From assembly GCF_036971445.1 (NCBI RefSeq), contig NC_091470.1:196230001-196294000 (forward strand): a stretch of 64,000 nt of DNA, read 5' to 3'. This DNA is from Narcine bancroftii. Lineage: Eukaryota. The stretch's first letter is position 1. Each line of letters starts with the position of its first letter. The translations under genes and the position numbers were made by a program. The notes beneath the pieces are model-generated. The model did not search any database, was not told the origin of the DNA, and worked only from the letters and a program-made list of their open reading frames with translations. Positions 12,625 through 25,715 of the stretch are shown piece after piece.

Positions 12625-13336
12625 TGTGACAGAGTATATGGAGGTGTTTGGGAGATAAATGGGGAAAGGTTTGTTGGAGAAGGTCACACTCAAACATTTA
12701 AAAACAGAATTTTGCTGGAGCTTTTGCAAGAGGCTCAGACAATGGACGGTTATTTGCAAAAGGCAACAAATGTAACAACAGGCAGCAGCAGCTTTGTCTG
12801 GAAAACAGAACCTACTGTCTGGAGGGTCATGTGATCTTTGCAGGCAGAGAGCAGAAAAAAAGAGGCTTTGCTCTCAGAGTGGGAGGTGGTCTCACACACA
12901 CACACAGACACACACAGACACACACACACAGGTTCCAGAGGGACAAGCTGGCAAGCTTTGGAAGATGCCCTGGTCAAAGGAGAGGACTGGCTGTCTGACG
13001 TTTCCCTTGGAATAGGTGAGACAGAAAGGAACTCTGTAGTGACCTGAAAGAGATTATCATCTGGAAAACCCTGAAAGTGGGCAAGTTTCATCAGCAAGAC
13101 ACCAGAGTGGCTGATTAAAAAGGAATCAGTTGTGGATGTCCTGGAACAAGAACAACTGTCTCTCTGAAAACTAACAAGAACCCTCCTGAGTGGTAACCAT
13201 TTATCTGTTCATCACCAAAGCCTGGTGAAATTTATTAATGCTGACTTCTGTGCACAGTACAAGAATGGCCTGTGAACCAAAGAACTTTACTGAAAATACA
13301 CACACATTACACACACCTGCGCTTAGAATTAGAAAA
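12625..13336 (+). mobile_element. LTR-like element (family A), cut by the assembly gap
   Basis: Starts TGTGAC; shares long blocks (GGAACTCT..GTGACCTGAAAG..ATCATCTGGAAAACCCTG) with 24431-25266, 48160-48585 and 56983-57955. Strand arbitrary. Confidence 0.7.
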
Positions 13337-13536
13337 NNNNNNNNNNNNNNNNNNNNNNNNNNNNNNNNNNNNNNNNNNNNNNNNNNNNNNNNNNNNNNNN
13401 NNNNNNNNNNNNNNNNNNNNNNNNNNNNNNNNNNNNNNNNNNNNNNNNNNNNNNNNNNNNNNNNNNNNNNNNNNNNNNNNNNNNNNNNNNNNNNNNNNNN
13501 NNNNNNNNNNNNNNNNNNNNNNNNNNNNNNNNNNNN
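13337..13536. other. Assembly gap (200 N)
   Basis: Run of exactly 200 N, typical of a fixed-size scaffolding gap. Confidence 1.
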
Positions 13537-14589
13537 TGGTATTGGGATGGTGGGGGCACAAGACTCACACTGCCAGGTTCAGGAACAGCCGCTCCCCCTC
13601 CACCGTCGGACTCCTCAACGACAAACTCAATCAGGGACCCGTTTAAGGACTCCTGCGATTTTTGTTCTCTCTGTAGTCAGTTTCTTTGCTTTCATTGTCT
13701 GTTTACAGTTCATTGTTTGTTTACATTTTACTCTGTGTACAGTTTATTTTTTAGTGTAATTCTGCCGCTCCCGCAAGATAAAGGAATCTCAGGGTTCTCC
13801 TTAATGGCATATATGTATTCTGCCAATAAATCTGAAATCCGATTATTGTTGGACACTGACATGAGAGGCATCAGATGCTGAGTACAAACGAAAGTCAGTA
13901 GCCAAAACATTTTTAGTTGAACTAACGCAAAATGTCACATCATTATGCGATTAAATGCGCTAAATCCAATCAAAGTTAATTTAAATGTTTCTCCAACTTC
14001 CGAAGTGATACAGCAAATCTGAAATTATCATCTTGAAGTTGCCCATGTAATCCCCAATTTTTTTTACAGCCTTCTGGAAAAAAAATCAAGGCCAGCGTGA
14101 AAGAGGCAGAGATCCACGAAATTGACGGCAGCACAAACAAAAATATACAGATCAACACAACAGATGTGATCTGGGCGCCGAACCACAGGATCTCAACTAA
14201 GATTGAGAGAGAGCAGAGAAAATTTACTAGGATGTTGCCTGGGCCTTCAGGAACTGAAATACAGGGAAAGGTTAAACAGGTTCGGACTTTAATCCTTGGA
14301 GCGTAGAAGAAGGAGAGGAGATTTGATCGGGGTTTACAAGATTACGAGTGGGTGTAATCTCCCCCAATCCACTTGGATTGGGGGAAGATAAATATGAGAG
14401 GGGGTCCGGGAATGGTTTGGGAGGGAACTTCTCCGCTCAGAGAACATCAGGAGTGCAGGACGAGTTGCCAATCTGAGCTTGAAACAGACAAGGGTTAGAG
14501 TCAATGTTATTGATCATCTGTACCAGCACTGTATGTGCAATTGTTTACAGTTACAATCTCAGGTGTGTGCTTCACTCCAATTATGTGCA

Positions 14590-15200
14590 GAGCACGCCAG
14601 TCGAACACTTCCCCACCACTGAGATTATGGAGAGGTTCTAAGTTCAATCAATCTCGGTATCTGGGGTATTACTGGTGACAATGATGTTGAGAACATCCAG
14701 CCTTAGCTGGGATTCGGCTGCCTGCTTTCCATCAGCCTCACGCTTTTCAATCTTTCCCTCTGTTGTTGGAAGGTGTGATGGTTTTACATTTCTCCCTGAT
14801 GTATCCTCATATTCTTTGGGATCAGCTTTTAAAATCTGCTAAAGAATAATCTTGTTGTTGGTTCCATATCCTCGCCCAAGCCCTTAATTTGAATCTTTCC
14901 ACTCTCTTTTTTTTAAACTTTATTTAAGATTTTATAACATGAATAACATATAGGATTACATTAAAAAAAATTAAGAAATAAAATAATAAAATTACAATAC
15001 AGTATCAGTAATCTAAATAAACTATACCCTCCCCAATAATTACTACACATTAATAACCCAACTCAAATTAGTCCAACCGCCCCTTTCCCCCCCAAAATAA
15101 AGAGTGAAGAATTAATAAAGTTAATAAATATGTGAGAAAAAAAAACCCACTTACAAAAAAGAACAAAAACATAACCGATTAAAATACTAACACACTCATC
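14590..15200 (-). mobile_element. L1 fragments (ORF2 remnant and A-rich 3' end)
   Basis: Degenerate L1 ORF2-like sequence plus a T-rich tail from about 14907 resembling the L1 3' end at 28045; ends approximate. Confidence 0.45.
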
Positions 15201-15849
15201 ATAAATTTCAATAGCTTGTGCGTGTCTGTTTGCTTATCCACGCCCCTCATGACCTCAGTGGGCTCACCCCTTAGCCTCCTACCCTTCAGGAAGTCAAGCG
15301 CCTGTATATCTGGCCGCTCCTTTATTGATCAATCCCCGATAACATCCCTCTTCCACATGAGTTAGGCCATTTCCAGAAGTTGGTTGACCTCAACTGCTCG
15401 GTCCCACCAACATCTTGCCCTTTTGCAGCAGTAAATCACCTGTCACCTCCAGATATCTGACATGATTCTTTCTTTACCTGACCGGAGCCTCAATGCTCCT
15501 CAGCTCACCAGTCCCTGTCCTTCTCTTGGACAGGAGCCTGCTGTCCGTGAACTCTACCTGTTTCATTGTCAAAGGCCTTAGCAACAGCCTCTGCTCATCG
15601 GCCTGTGAGAGTTCATGCTGAATGCCAGTGAGATATCAGCCTTGACCAGACTTTAATGTGGGCACCGGGTCCTGTCCTCTCAAAGTCACTCACACTGCAG
15701 ACATGTAGCCATAGACACACACACACACACACATGAAATCACACACACACACATGAAATCACACACACACAAATCACAGACCCACTCACAAAATCACAGA
15801 CACACATGCACATATGTCTGCTGGATGGATCATCCTCTGAAGGGGATGG

Positions 15850-16630
15850 TAAGAAGAATCAGAACAGGACATACGTGGTAAATGGGAGAGCATTGATGAA
15901 TACAAAAGAGCAGAAAGATTTAGGAGTAACGGTACATCGTTCCCTGAAGGTAGAAACTCACGTGAATAGGGTGGTGAAGAAGGCTTTTAGTATGCTGGCC
16001 TTTATCAATCATTGCATGGAATATAGGAGTTGGGAGGTGATGTTGAGACTGTATAAGATGTTGGTGCGGCCTAATTTGGAGTTTTGTGTGCAGTTCTGGT
16101 CGCCTAATTATAGGAAAGATATAAACAGAGTGGAGAGAGTGCAGAGAAGGTTTACCAGAATGTTACCTGGGTTTAAGCATCTAGAGTATAGGGAGAGATT
16201 GGACAGATTAGGTCTTTATTCTTTGGAGTGTAGAAGGTTGAGAGGGGATTTGATAGAAGTATTTAAGATTATGAAAGGGATAGACAGAGTGGATGTGGAT
16301 AGACTATTTCCGTTAAGAGGAGGAAAGATTAAAACAAGAGGACGAGTTAAGAATTAAGGGGCAGAGGTTTAGAGGTAACATGAGGGGGAACTTCTTTACT
16401 CAGAGAGTGGTAGACGTGTGGAATGAGCTTCCGGGAGAAATAGTGGCGGCGGAGTCAATTGTATTATTTAAGAAAAGGTTGGACAGGTATATGGATGAGA
16501 AGAAGATGGAGGGTTATGGGCATTGTGCAGGGAGGTGGGACTAGAGAGGGGTGTTTGGTTTGGTGCGGACTAGAAGGGCCTAATGGCCTGTTTCCGTGCT
16601 GTAAATTGTTATGTTATGTTATTATGTTAA
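15850..16630 (+). mobile_element. CR1 LINE, 5'-truncated
   Basis: KDLGV..LYKMLVRPNLEFCVQFWSP..RRLRGDLIEVFKI motifs; ends in a (TTATG)n tail. Confidence 0.9.
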
Positions 16631-16992
16631 GATGAGATATTGTGGTCACAGTTCACTTATCTGTGGTTGAAAGAAGAAATGGGTGTTGACCCATTAACTG
16701 AAGAGAATTGTGGAATGTTGCAAAACCAGATCTGGCATTTCCAGAATGAGGAGCAAAGCAAAGCCAGAATGTGGCTCCTCCAGAGAACCGCGAGGATTGT
16801 GTCATCTTGAGGGCCTCCCTTTGGTACAAGGTCCCCCGCCTCCAACAGACCTCTGAAGGCTACATCAAGGAGGCAGAACTCCGGTACCTACCCCGTGACT
16901 CCAGGAGGTGCCACACCACCATTCAGGGGCCCCAAACAGTCCTTCTAAGAGAAGCAACACTTCACTTGTGAATCTGCAGGGATCATCTACAG

Positions 16993-18167
16993 CACACATG
17001 TCAAACTCTGGCCCGCGGGCCAAATTTGGCCCGCGATATAATTATATTTGGCCCTCAAGATCATTTCAAAAATGTATTAGAGGTGGCCCGCCCTGCAGCG
17101 AGAGCCGATGCTGTTTTTTGGCAATGTCACCTCCACCATCCTCCCCCTTCATTGCACATCCTTCCCCATTGTAACACAAGAAGTCTGTCGATGTCATCAG
17201 CTGGCAAGCCAGTTGGAAGGCTCCCCGCACAACCAGTCACTTCTCCCACCTGTCGAGCAGTGCGGCGGATGGGCGAGCGCCTGTGATTTCCTGTCGGCAC
17301 GACAGGCATGGCAGGCTGCGCACGGCCCCCGGGCAGCGCGAGCCCCGCGCGACTGTCACCGGTTGGCCCTTCCACAGCGCGAGCGCACTTCTCCTGGTCG
17401 CCACGGCCTTCAGCGCTTGCACCCGCGCGGACCCCAGGGACGGCTGGTTCGGCCCTGCACGTGAAGAGAGAGATGGTGGCTGTCCGCAAAGGCTGATTGG
17501 CAGCGCGCTGGGCCTGAGTGGGTGGGTAAGCAGGGGTGGGCAGAAGGTGTAGGTGAGGAGTAATGGGCAGGAGAAGTTATGGTGGTGCGAGGGGCAGTTA
17601 GAGGGAGGGATGAGTAGAAGGAGGGGTGAATAGGGAAGAGGTAAAAGGGGAGGGGCAGGGCGAGTAGGGGAGGGGTGATTAGAGGGTGAGAGACGGGTAG
17701 AGGGAGGAACAGGTTGAGGAAAGAGGCAGTAGAGGGGCGTGTATAGGATGGGGTGGGTAGAGGGAGAGCAAGTGGTGTGAGGGGTGAGTAGAGGTTGGGT
17801 GAAGGACTGGTCAGGTAGAGGGATGGAGGGTCGAGGGTGAATAGAGGCCTAGAACCTGAGGAGTGAGCAGGAAATGCTGAGTCCTGATGCAGGCCAAAAT
17901 GGACACAGCCTGTGAATGCTGACTACATCTCCACAGGGACCAAATATGTTTCCCTCAGGTCAAGCAAAGGGTGAACTTGAGCTACCTACTCCTGACCTGT
18001 AACATTATCCTCCCAAAGTTATATCCTAAAGTTTAACATTATATATGTTGAAAGAAGAGAAAACATGCAGATGTTGTTGAAAATTTTCAATAAATATTTA
18101 GTTCGGCCCTCGACTTAGTCAAAGTTTTTAAGTTTGGCCCTCCGTGAATTTGAGTTTGACACCCCTG
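16993..18167. mobile_element. Non-autonomous hAT (Charlie-like) DNA transposon inserted in a Penelope-like remnant
   Basis: Imperfect TIRs CACACATGTCAAACTC / GAGTTTGACACCCCTG; 8-bp TSD ATCTACAG at 16985-16992 and 18168-18175. Confidence 0.85.
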
Positions 18168-18918
18168 ATCTACAGCATCCCTCTACGTCAGAGAGATCGG
18201 GTACAGACTGAGAGATCGCTTCGCCAAGCACCTCGGCTCCATCCACCGCAATAGCGTGGATCTTCCCATCGCCGCCCCTTTTAATTCCTCGTCCCGTTCC
18301 CTCGCTGACATGTCTGTCCGTGATCTCATCCACCTCCAGTCTGCGACCCCACAGCAAATTAGAGGAACAACACCTCATCCCTCCAACCAGATGACGTTAA
18401 TATCAACTTCTCCCCCCCCACTCTCTTTCTTTCCCGATCCCTCATCTTCTTTCCTCCAGCTTCCCACCCCCTCTCTCTCCATTCAGAGTGCTGCCCCCTC
18501 CCCCCAATCACCTCAACTTTTGACTCCTACCCTCCCACCTCTTTTCTGTTAGCCCCTCCCCCTCCTCTCCCCTTCCCCCACCCTTTCCTCCCTCCTCTCC
18601 CCCCTCCCCTTCCTTCCTCCTTCCTTTCCCCCTCCCCTGGCCCTTCTTCCCTCCTCTCCTCCTCCCCCTCCCTCCTCCTCCCCTGGCCCTTCCTCCCTCC
18701 CTCCTCCTCTCTCAATAACCCCCCACTCCCTGTAACCCCCGTCAGTCTAATCCCACTCCCCCCACTCCATGTAACCCCCATTAACTCACTCCCCCACTCT
18801 GTAACACACCCACTCCTTGTAACCCCCCCCCCAAGTCCCTGTAAACTACCCACTCTAATCTCCCCCCACCCAAGCCCCACTCCAATTCCACCCCCTCGCC
18901 CACCCCAATCTTCTCGCT

Positions 18919-19035
18919 ACTTACTGTGTGGAAAGGGCAGATGTGGGACTGACTCAGAATCTCTCGCCAGAACAGAAAAGCCGGTTCCTCCGGATTTTAG
19001 AAAACGAATTTATAGAAGAACTGGGAAACGAAACT
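18919..19035 (-). promoter_or_regulatory. Candidate promoter and non-coding first exon of the PLAC8-family gene
   Basis: ISRE-like GGAAACGAAACT (19024-19035), TATAAA (19014-19009), AP-1 TGACTCA (18950-18956), GTAAGT donor (18924-18919). Confidence 0.45.
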
Positions 19036-19661
19036 CAAACTCACTCCACCCTCCAGCTGGAAGTCATTAATGTCGACTTCTCCAATTTCCGTTAACCCAT
19101 CCCCATTTCCTCTGTTTCTCTTTCTGACCCATTCCCCTGCTCTCCTCTTTGTGACTGCCTGTGGCCCTAATTTAAAGGTACGTGAACAGCACCTCCGTGA
19201 GCCCAAGCCACTGAGCCTGCAACCCGCCACGCGGTTTTGAAGGGGGCTCCCAGAGGAAACACGCATCCCCTACATGCAGCGCGGGATTCGAACCTGAGTT
19301 GCTGGCGCTGTAGCAGCGTCGCGCTGACCGTTCCACCAAGAAAATAAAACATTTATCCCGTAAAGTCTACATCGAAGTGAGGTCCTCTGAGAGTCTATTA
19401 AATATGCAAACCAAATTTTGTAAATATGGGCTTCATATTTTCCAAAACACATTGCTGATGTTAAGTAATGTCCTCTCATGGTATTCAACTACGAAGCCAT
19501 CTTTCCATGCCTAGATCTGTATTAGACTTCCATGATATGGCTATATATTTCCTAGACACTGCTAAAGCCTGATTGATACACATTTAATTTTAATTTTGGC
19601 CTTACAACTTTAATATTAATAAAAATAACATTGGGTCTTTTAATACCTCCGTTTATGGAGG

Positions 19662-20094
19662 TGTGGTTCTCAACCTTTTTCTTATGATTCACGTTCCACC
19701 TCAAGCAATCCATTACTAATCACAGAGCACCGACAGCAGAGGGATTACTTAAAAGTAGTGCATGAGTGGGAAGAAAAAGGTTGAGAACCACTGTAGTAAG
19801 GGATTGCTAAAATGGGATGTGAGTTGGGAAGGGAAGGTTGAGAATCCTTGCTCTAGACCCAATTGTCACTGAAATATTTTGCTGGAGAAAAATTGTCATT
19901 GGCCCATTTCCTTTGGAGCTCTGAAACGGAGCACATAATGAACCAATGAGGGACGATTAAAACAGGGGTTTTCAAACTTTTTCTTCCCACCCACATCCCA
20001 CCTTAAGCAATCACATACTAATCACAGAGCACCAATGGCATAGGGATTACTTGAAGTGGGATGTGAGTGGAAAGAAAAAGGTTGAGAACCACCG
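19662..20094. mobile_element. hAT-type MITE (family with CAGTGGTTCTCAACC-like ends), composite
   Basis: Repeated GTGGTTCTCAACC / GGTTGAGAACCAC termini; homologous to 24241-25402. Confidence 0.65.
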
Positions 20095-20539
20095 TGTCAA
20101 AGCAAGCGACAAAATCCCAGTCTTTACTGGAATCATTTTCAACAGTGATAATTACAGTTATACCAAAGAAATTTTAGCCGCGTTCAGGTGGTCAGAATAC
20201 CTGACTGTAAAGCTGCCTATTCTACCCCAATGCGGCTGTCGGGAGGCCACCTGAAAGTGGAGAACATGGCCAGAAGGAGCACTTACCTAACCCTCCTCCT
20301 GTAGGTATAATCTCCAGCTCGGAGAATCCCCTGTTGCACCTGAAAGCAGCACCAGGCAAATCGGCTACTAGCTTTCAGGTGCCAAGCAGTCCCCACTGCT
20401 TTACAGTCCCCCGGCACTGGACGTCAGGGTTGGGGCGGCCGGCGCGGGACTACAGAGCTGAGATGGCTGGTGTGGGACTACAGGGGTGGAGTAGCCAGCG
20501 CAGGACCTCAGGGCTGGGACTTGTTGAACCAGGCTTCTC

Positions 20540-20970
20540 ATCATCTGATAACTTTATTAAATGTGGATTACAAAATAGACACAAAAAATGTTAGCAATTT
20601 ATCTAAATGTTTACCTAATTTAATTTTTATGAATCAAACAGGATTATTTAAAAAATGATATTCAGCTGATAATATTGCAAGATTAATTAATTTAATTTAA
20701 CAAAGAGGGTATGATAGTGGATGCGGAAAAAGCTTTTGATAAATTAGAATGGGATTTTTTGTTTAAAGTACTTGGGAAGTTTGGTATTGACTCTAAGTTT
20801 ATAAATTGGGTTAAAGCTTTATATAAAAATCCTATCGCAAGAGCAAATACTAGTGGACAAATATCTACTTCTTTTCCATTAATTAGATCAAGTCGACAAG
20901 GTTGTCCCTTTGTCTCCAGCTTTGTTTATTTTAGCAATTGAACCTTCAGCTGAACTTATTGGACAAGATT
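20540..20970 (+). mobile_element. L1 ORF2 RT fragment
   Basis: VDAEKAFDKLEWDFL..RSSRQGCP motifs. Confidence 0.85.
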
Positions 20971-21214
20971 AAAGGAATTAGATAATATAATTTTTTACAT
21001 TTTTAAAAAGTATAGGCATACAAGCCATTCTGGCCCACAAGAATGTGCCACCAAATTTATACTCAATTTACCAACAACCCCTGGTATGTTTCAACCTTAT
21101 TAACTGATCAAAGCAAAGAGAAAGGGGAACCCTGTGCCATTGGCTGTGGGTAGGATCTGTCTCGGGAGGCATGTTCAGTCGGCAGCAGCTGATCATGGAA
21201 CAACAATGGTTTAC

Positions 21215-21790
21215 CACCAGGCCCTTTAACCCACGATGTTGTGCAGTTCGTATACACCTACCAAAAAATCCTAGACCCTCACTACCCTCTATTTTCCTTC
21301 CATCCATGTCTAAGAGTCTCTTAAATGCCCCCAGTGTTCCACCCTCCACCATCACCCCTGATGAGGCATTCCAGGCCCCCACAACTCTCTGTGTAAAAAA
21401 CGTACTCCTGACGTCTCCCCTAAACTTCCCTCCTCTCACCCTGTATGCACATCCCCTGGTGTTCGTTACTCCCACCCCAGGAAACAGGCGCTGGCCACCC
21501 ATCCTATCTATGCCTCTCAGAATCCTGTGGACCTCTATCATCTCCTCTCATCCTTCTATGTTCCAAAGAGAAAAGTTCCAGCTCTGCCAACCTGGCCTTG
21601 TAAGATTTGTTTCTCAATCCAGGCAACATCATGGTAAATCTCTTCTGCACACTCTTCAGAACTTCCTCACCCTTCCTGCAATGAGGTGACCAAAACTGAA
21701 CACCATACTCTAAGAGTGTAGATGTGGTCACATCTTCAAAAGACCCAATCAGATTTCTGAGGCAATGACCTCCCACTTACAAAACCATAC
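21215..21790 (-). mobile_element. CR1 LINE 3' fragment
   Basis: LEYGVQFWSP, RRMRGD and FFTQRVVGAWN motifs. Confidence 0.8.
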
Positions 21791-21849
21791 TGATTTATCC
21801 CCATCCAAGTGCATGGGCATCTCTGAACGCCCTCCAGGGGCTTGGTATC

Positions 21850-22260
21850 ATTGCAAGGGGGATGTAATTCAGGGGCAGGGATGTCTCAGTACGAAGCTAT
21901 GGAGTGTTGGTAGTTAAGTAGGGGTGCATCTGTGTTGATGTAGAAAGGTTTTTTCCCCACAGTGGGAGAGTCTCGGACAAGTGAACTCAACTTTAAGATC
22001 GAAGGATGTTCACTCAAAACCGAGATGCAGAGGAATTTCTTCAGCCAGAGGGCGGTGACTCTGTGAAATTTGTTGCCACGAGTGGTTATGGAGGCTGGGT
22101 CATTGGGTGTTTTTAAGGCAGAGATCAACAGGTTCTTGATTAGCCAGGACATCGAAGTTATGGGGAGAAGGCTGGGCAGTGGGGCTGAGTGAGGAAATGG
22201 ATCAGCATATGATTGACATGATTGGGCTGAATGGCCTATTTTGGCTCCTCTTATGGAGAG
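21850..22260 (+). mobile_element. CR1 LINE 3' fragment
   Basis: RNFFSQR-coding segment and CR1-type 3' UTR (GGCTGAATGGCCTA..GCTCCT). Confidence 0.7.
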
Positions 22261-22317
22261 TGTATTGTTTAAAGAGGGGGAGACAAGTGACACTGACATG
22301 TAGGGTGTAAAAGCATA

Positions 22318-22895
22318 CAAATGCTGGAGAAACTCAGCAGGTCAAACAGGTCCTTTATGTAGCAAAGGTGAAGATACATCACCGACGTTTTGGGCTTGAG
22401 CCCTTCAGCAAGGAGTTGGGGGGTGGGAAAAGCGGCCTCCCCATAGCCAACCATTTCAATTTGGAGTCACGCTCTCAAGCTCACATGTCTGTCCATGGCC
22501 TTTCCCTCCTAACCTACCCTGACCACCTGCAAATTGGTCATTTTTCGCCTGGGCCCCCTCCAACACCACGGCATGAACATTGAGTTCACTGCCCTCCCAT
22601 AATCAGCTCGCCTTCCCCCCCAACCCCATTTAACTAGTCATTCCAGTTCCTGCTTCCCTTTCTCTCTCCATCCAGCCTAGACTCCTCCCCCCCCTCCTGT
22701 GGTCCTCCACCCCCCCTCCATCTATCATCTTCCACCCTCACCCCCCCCCCCCCCCAGCTCCCCCTTTTGCTCGGACATCTCTCCCGTTCCCCCACACCTT
22801 GATGAAGGGCTCAAGCCTGAAACGTCAGTGACGTATCTTCACCTTTGCTACATAAAGGCCTGGTTTGACCTGCTGAGTTTCTCCAGCGTCTGTGT
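22318..22895. mobile_element. Penelope-like remnant with inverted terminal repeats
   Basis: About 95-bp inverted arms (TGCTGGAGAAACTCAGCAGGTCAAAC..CCCTTCAGCAAGG versus CCTTGATGAAGGG..GCTGAGTTTCTCCAGC) around a GIY-YIG C-terminus-like remnant (PIANHFN). Confidence 0.7.
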
Positions 22896-23143
22896 GTTTT
22901 TTCACTTAACCACAAGTGTCGACAGAATCCAGTGTTTTACCCCTGCTGGAGGTATAAGATGTGAATAAAGATGTGAGCTGCAGGTCATGCACTATCTGAG
23001 AAAATCCACGGACACTCGGCAGCTCTGATGGGGTCTCTCTTTTGCTTCTCTTTCTTTCGTACTGTAAAGGTGTCCCTTTGCCTGCCTTGTGATTTTTGTG
23101 ACATATTGCGCTCAGTATCTTGGCGACCTGTGACAGGGGAAGT

Positions 23144-23275
23144 CTAGTTGGTCCTGGAGTGGAATTTCACAGCTCCGTACAGAAGCTGCTGCTCTGAGCC
23201 CACGATGTTCCGGACGTCACCTGGCCTGTCCAACAGCTGTACCATGGAGTAGACGACCTCCTCCGAACCTTGCGC
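23144..23275 (-). CDS. PILR-like inhibitory Ig receptor, terminal exon with two ITIMs
   Basis: ctcctccAG acceptor, phase 0; AQGSEEVVYSMVQLLDRPGDVRNIVGSEQQLLYGAVKFHSRTN*; VVYSMV and LLYGAV fit (I/V/L/S)xYxx(L/V). Confidence 0.85.
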   Translation of the reverse strand, partial: AQGSEEVVYSMVQLLDRPGDVRNIVGSEQQLLYGAVKFHSRTN

Positions 23276-24240
23276 CTGGAGGAGATGGGATGGCTTGAAG
23301 CGTCATCAAAGACAGGGACCTCCCCTGCCTCCCATTTCAACTCCCCGCCCCACTCCCTTGCCGGCACTCCTGTCCGTGGTCTCATGCGCTGCCGGACTGA
23401 GACCACCCGCAAATTGGAGGAACAACACCTCATCTTCCTACTGAACCCCCCCCCCCCCCACTCCACCACCCCACAAGCGGATGACACTAGCCCTTTGGAT
23501 TCTGCGTCCTGGTTTTCTGGTTTTAAATATAAATTTAAAAATTTACATTTAAAATGGCAACAGGCCCTTCTGGCTCATGAGCCCGTGCTGCCGAATTGGC
23601 CTACAACTCCGGTGGGAGGAAACCGGAACCTCTGGGGAACCCCACGCAGACACAGGGAGAATGTACAAACTCCTTACAGACAGCGCCGGATTCAAACCTT
23701 GGTCCTGATCGCTGGCTCTGTAAAGGCGTTGCACTAACCTCTAGGCCAACCTTGCCTCTCATTTTATACCCAACCACCAGCTGGTTCGCACTGTGGTTTA
23801 CCCATGGACCTAGAGCGGAGTGTACATTATGAAAGGTTGAAAATAGCGGGAGTCCAAAGGGTTAACGTTGACTTCTCCAATTTCTGCTAGGTCACTCCCC
23901 TGCCCCCCCCCCCTCCCACCCTCTCTCTCTCTCTCTCTCTTTCCCCATTCCTCTCCTTTCCTCCAGCTCTCCAACCCCTTCATTTACAGACCTACCCCCT
24001 TCCTATCACTTTAGCGCCAGATAAATCCCGGGTTGCCTGTAAGGAGTTTGCATGTTGTCCCCATATGGCATGGGTTTTCTCGGGAACTTCAGTTCCCTCC
24101 CACCGTTCAAACTGTACCGGAGGTATAGGTTAATGGGGTGTAAATTGGACAGCATGGGCTCGTGGGCCAAAATGGCCTGTTACTGTGCTGTACATCTAAA
24201 TTAATTTTTTTTTTAAAATCACCTTATTTTCCGTCTGGGC

Positions 24241-25402
24241 CAGAGGGTCTCCACCTTTTTCTTTCTACTCACATCCCATTGAAGTAACCCCAAGGCCATT
24301 GGTGCTCTGTGATTAGTAAGGGATTGCTTCAGGTGGGATGTGAGTGGGAAGGGAAGGTTGAGAACCACTGCTCTAGACCCAATATTATGCTCCATTTCCT
24401 TTGGAGCTCTGAAACAGTGCCCATAACGAGTGTGACAAGTATATAGAGGTGTTTGGGAGATAAATTGAGGAGGTTTGTTAGAGCAGATCACACTCAAACA
24501 TTTTAAAACACATAATTTTTGCAGAAGTTTTGCAGAGTGCTATTTTGCAAAAGGCAACAAAGTAGCAACATACAGCAGCAGGTATGTCTGGAAAACAGTT
24601 TACTATCTGGAAGAGCAGGTGATCTTTGCAGGCAGAAGGAGAGTAGAGAGGGAGAGAGTGAGAGAGAGGGAGAGAGGGAGGAGAGAGAGAGAGAGAGAGA
24701 GACTTTGGTTCCAGAGGGACAAGCTGGCAAGCTTTGGAAGATGGCCTGGTCAAAGGAGAGGACTTGCTGTCCGGTGTTTCCCTTGGAATAGGTGAAACAG
24801 ACAGGAACTCTATGGTGACCTGAAAGAAAGAGATTATCATCTGGAAAACCCTGAAAGGGGGCAAGTTTCATCAGCAAGACACCAGAGTGGCTGATTAAAA
24901 AGGAATCAGTTGTGGATGTCCTGGAACAAGAACAACTCTCTCTCTCTGAAAACCAACAAGAACCCTCCTGAGTGGTAACCATTTACCCGTTAAGCACCAA
25001 AGCCTGGTGAACTTTATTAATTCTAACTTCTGTGCACAGTATAAGAATTGCCTGCAACCAGTGAAATTGGACTGTGAACCAAAGAACTTTTCTAAACTTA
25101 TATATACATTACACACACGTGCACTTAGAATTAAAGGGGGGGGGGGGGTTAAGTAGGTTAAGTAAGTCAGTAGAGATAAGTAAAAGTTTAGTTCTGTTTT
25201 CATGTTCAAGGATAATTAAAAGCAACTTTTGTTTAAGTAACCCTTTGTCATGGTGGACTCGTAACAGAGGGACGATTAAAACTGTGGGTTTCAAACTTTT
25301 TCTTCCCACCCACATCTCACTTTAAGCAACCCCTTACTAATCACAGAGCCCCGATGGCCTAGGGATTACTTAAAGTGAGAAGAAAAAGGTTGAGAACCAC
25401 TG
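24241..25402. mobile_element. hAT-type MITE interrupted by an LTR-like element
   Basis: TIR-like ends CAGAGGGTCTCCACC / GGTTGAGAACCACTG; 8-bp TSD GTCTGGGC at 24233-24240 and 25403-25410. Confidence 0.8.
24431..25266 (+). mobile_element. Solo LTR-like element (family A)
   Basis: TGTGAC...GTAACA termini; homologous to three other copies in the window; no clean TSD. Confidence 0.75.
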
Positions 25403-25641
25403 GTCTGGGCGCTCTCCAGCCATATGGCACCGACAATGTCTTCTCCGGTTCCTTCCCCCTGCCAGCTTTCCACCCCCTTCCCCCTCCCTTCCATCCCTCC
25501 TCCCCCCTTGACCGCCACTGCCCCCTCCCTCCCTTCTCCCCCCATCACCCCCTGTCTTTGTGACCACCCCTCTGCCTCCTCCCCTTTAATTTGAACACCC
25601 ACCGATATTTTACTCATACCTTGATGAAACTTTGGTTGTGA

Positions 25642-25715
25642 GGCTCCAGTAGCTTAGTGGATAGAGCACTGACCTTGTAAACCAGGGGTTGGGAGTTCAA
25701 TCCTTGCTGGGGCCT
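25642..25715 (+). pseudogene. tRNA-Thr(TGT)-like sequence: pseudogene or head of a tRNA-Thr-derived SINE (to about 25835)
   Basis: GGCTCCAGTAGCTTAGTGGATAGAGCACTGACCTTGTAAACCAGGGGTTGGGAGTTCAATCCTTGCTGGGGCCT resembles vertebrate tRNA-Thr-TGT, but has an extra base near the acceptor stem, a disrupted anticodon stem and no adjacent oligo-T terminator. Confidence 0.75.

Noticed and set aside
13238-13759. ORFs spanning the N run
   Set aside because: Artefacts of the assembly gap.
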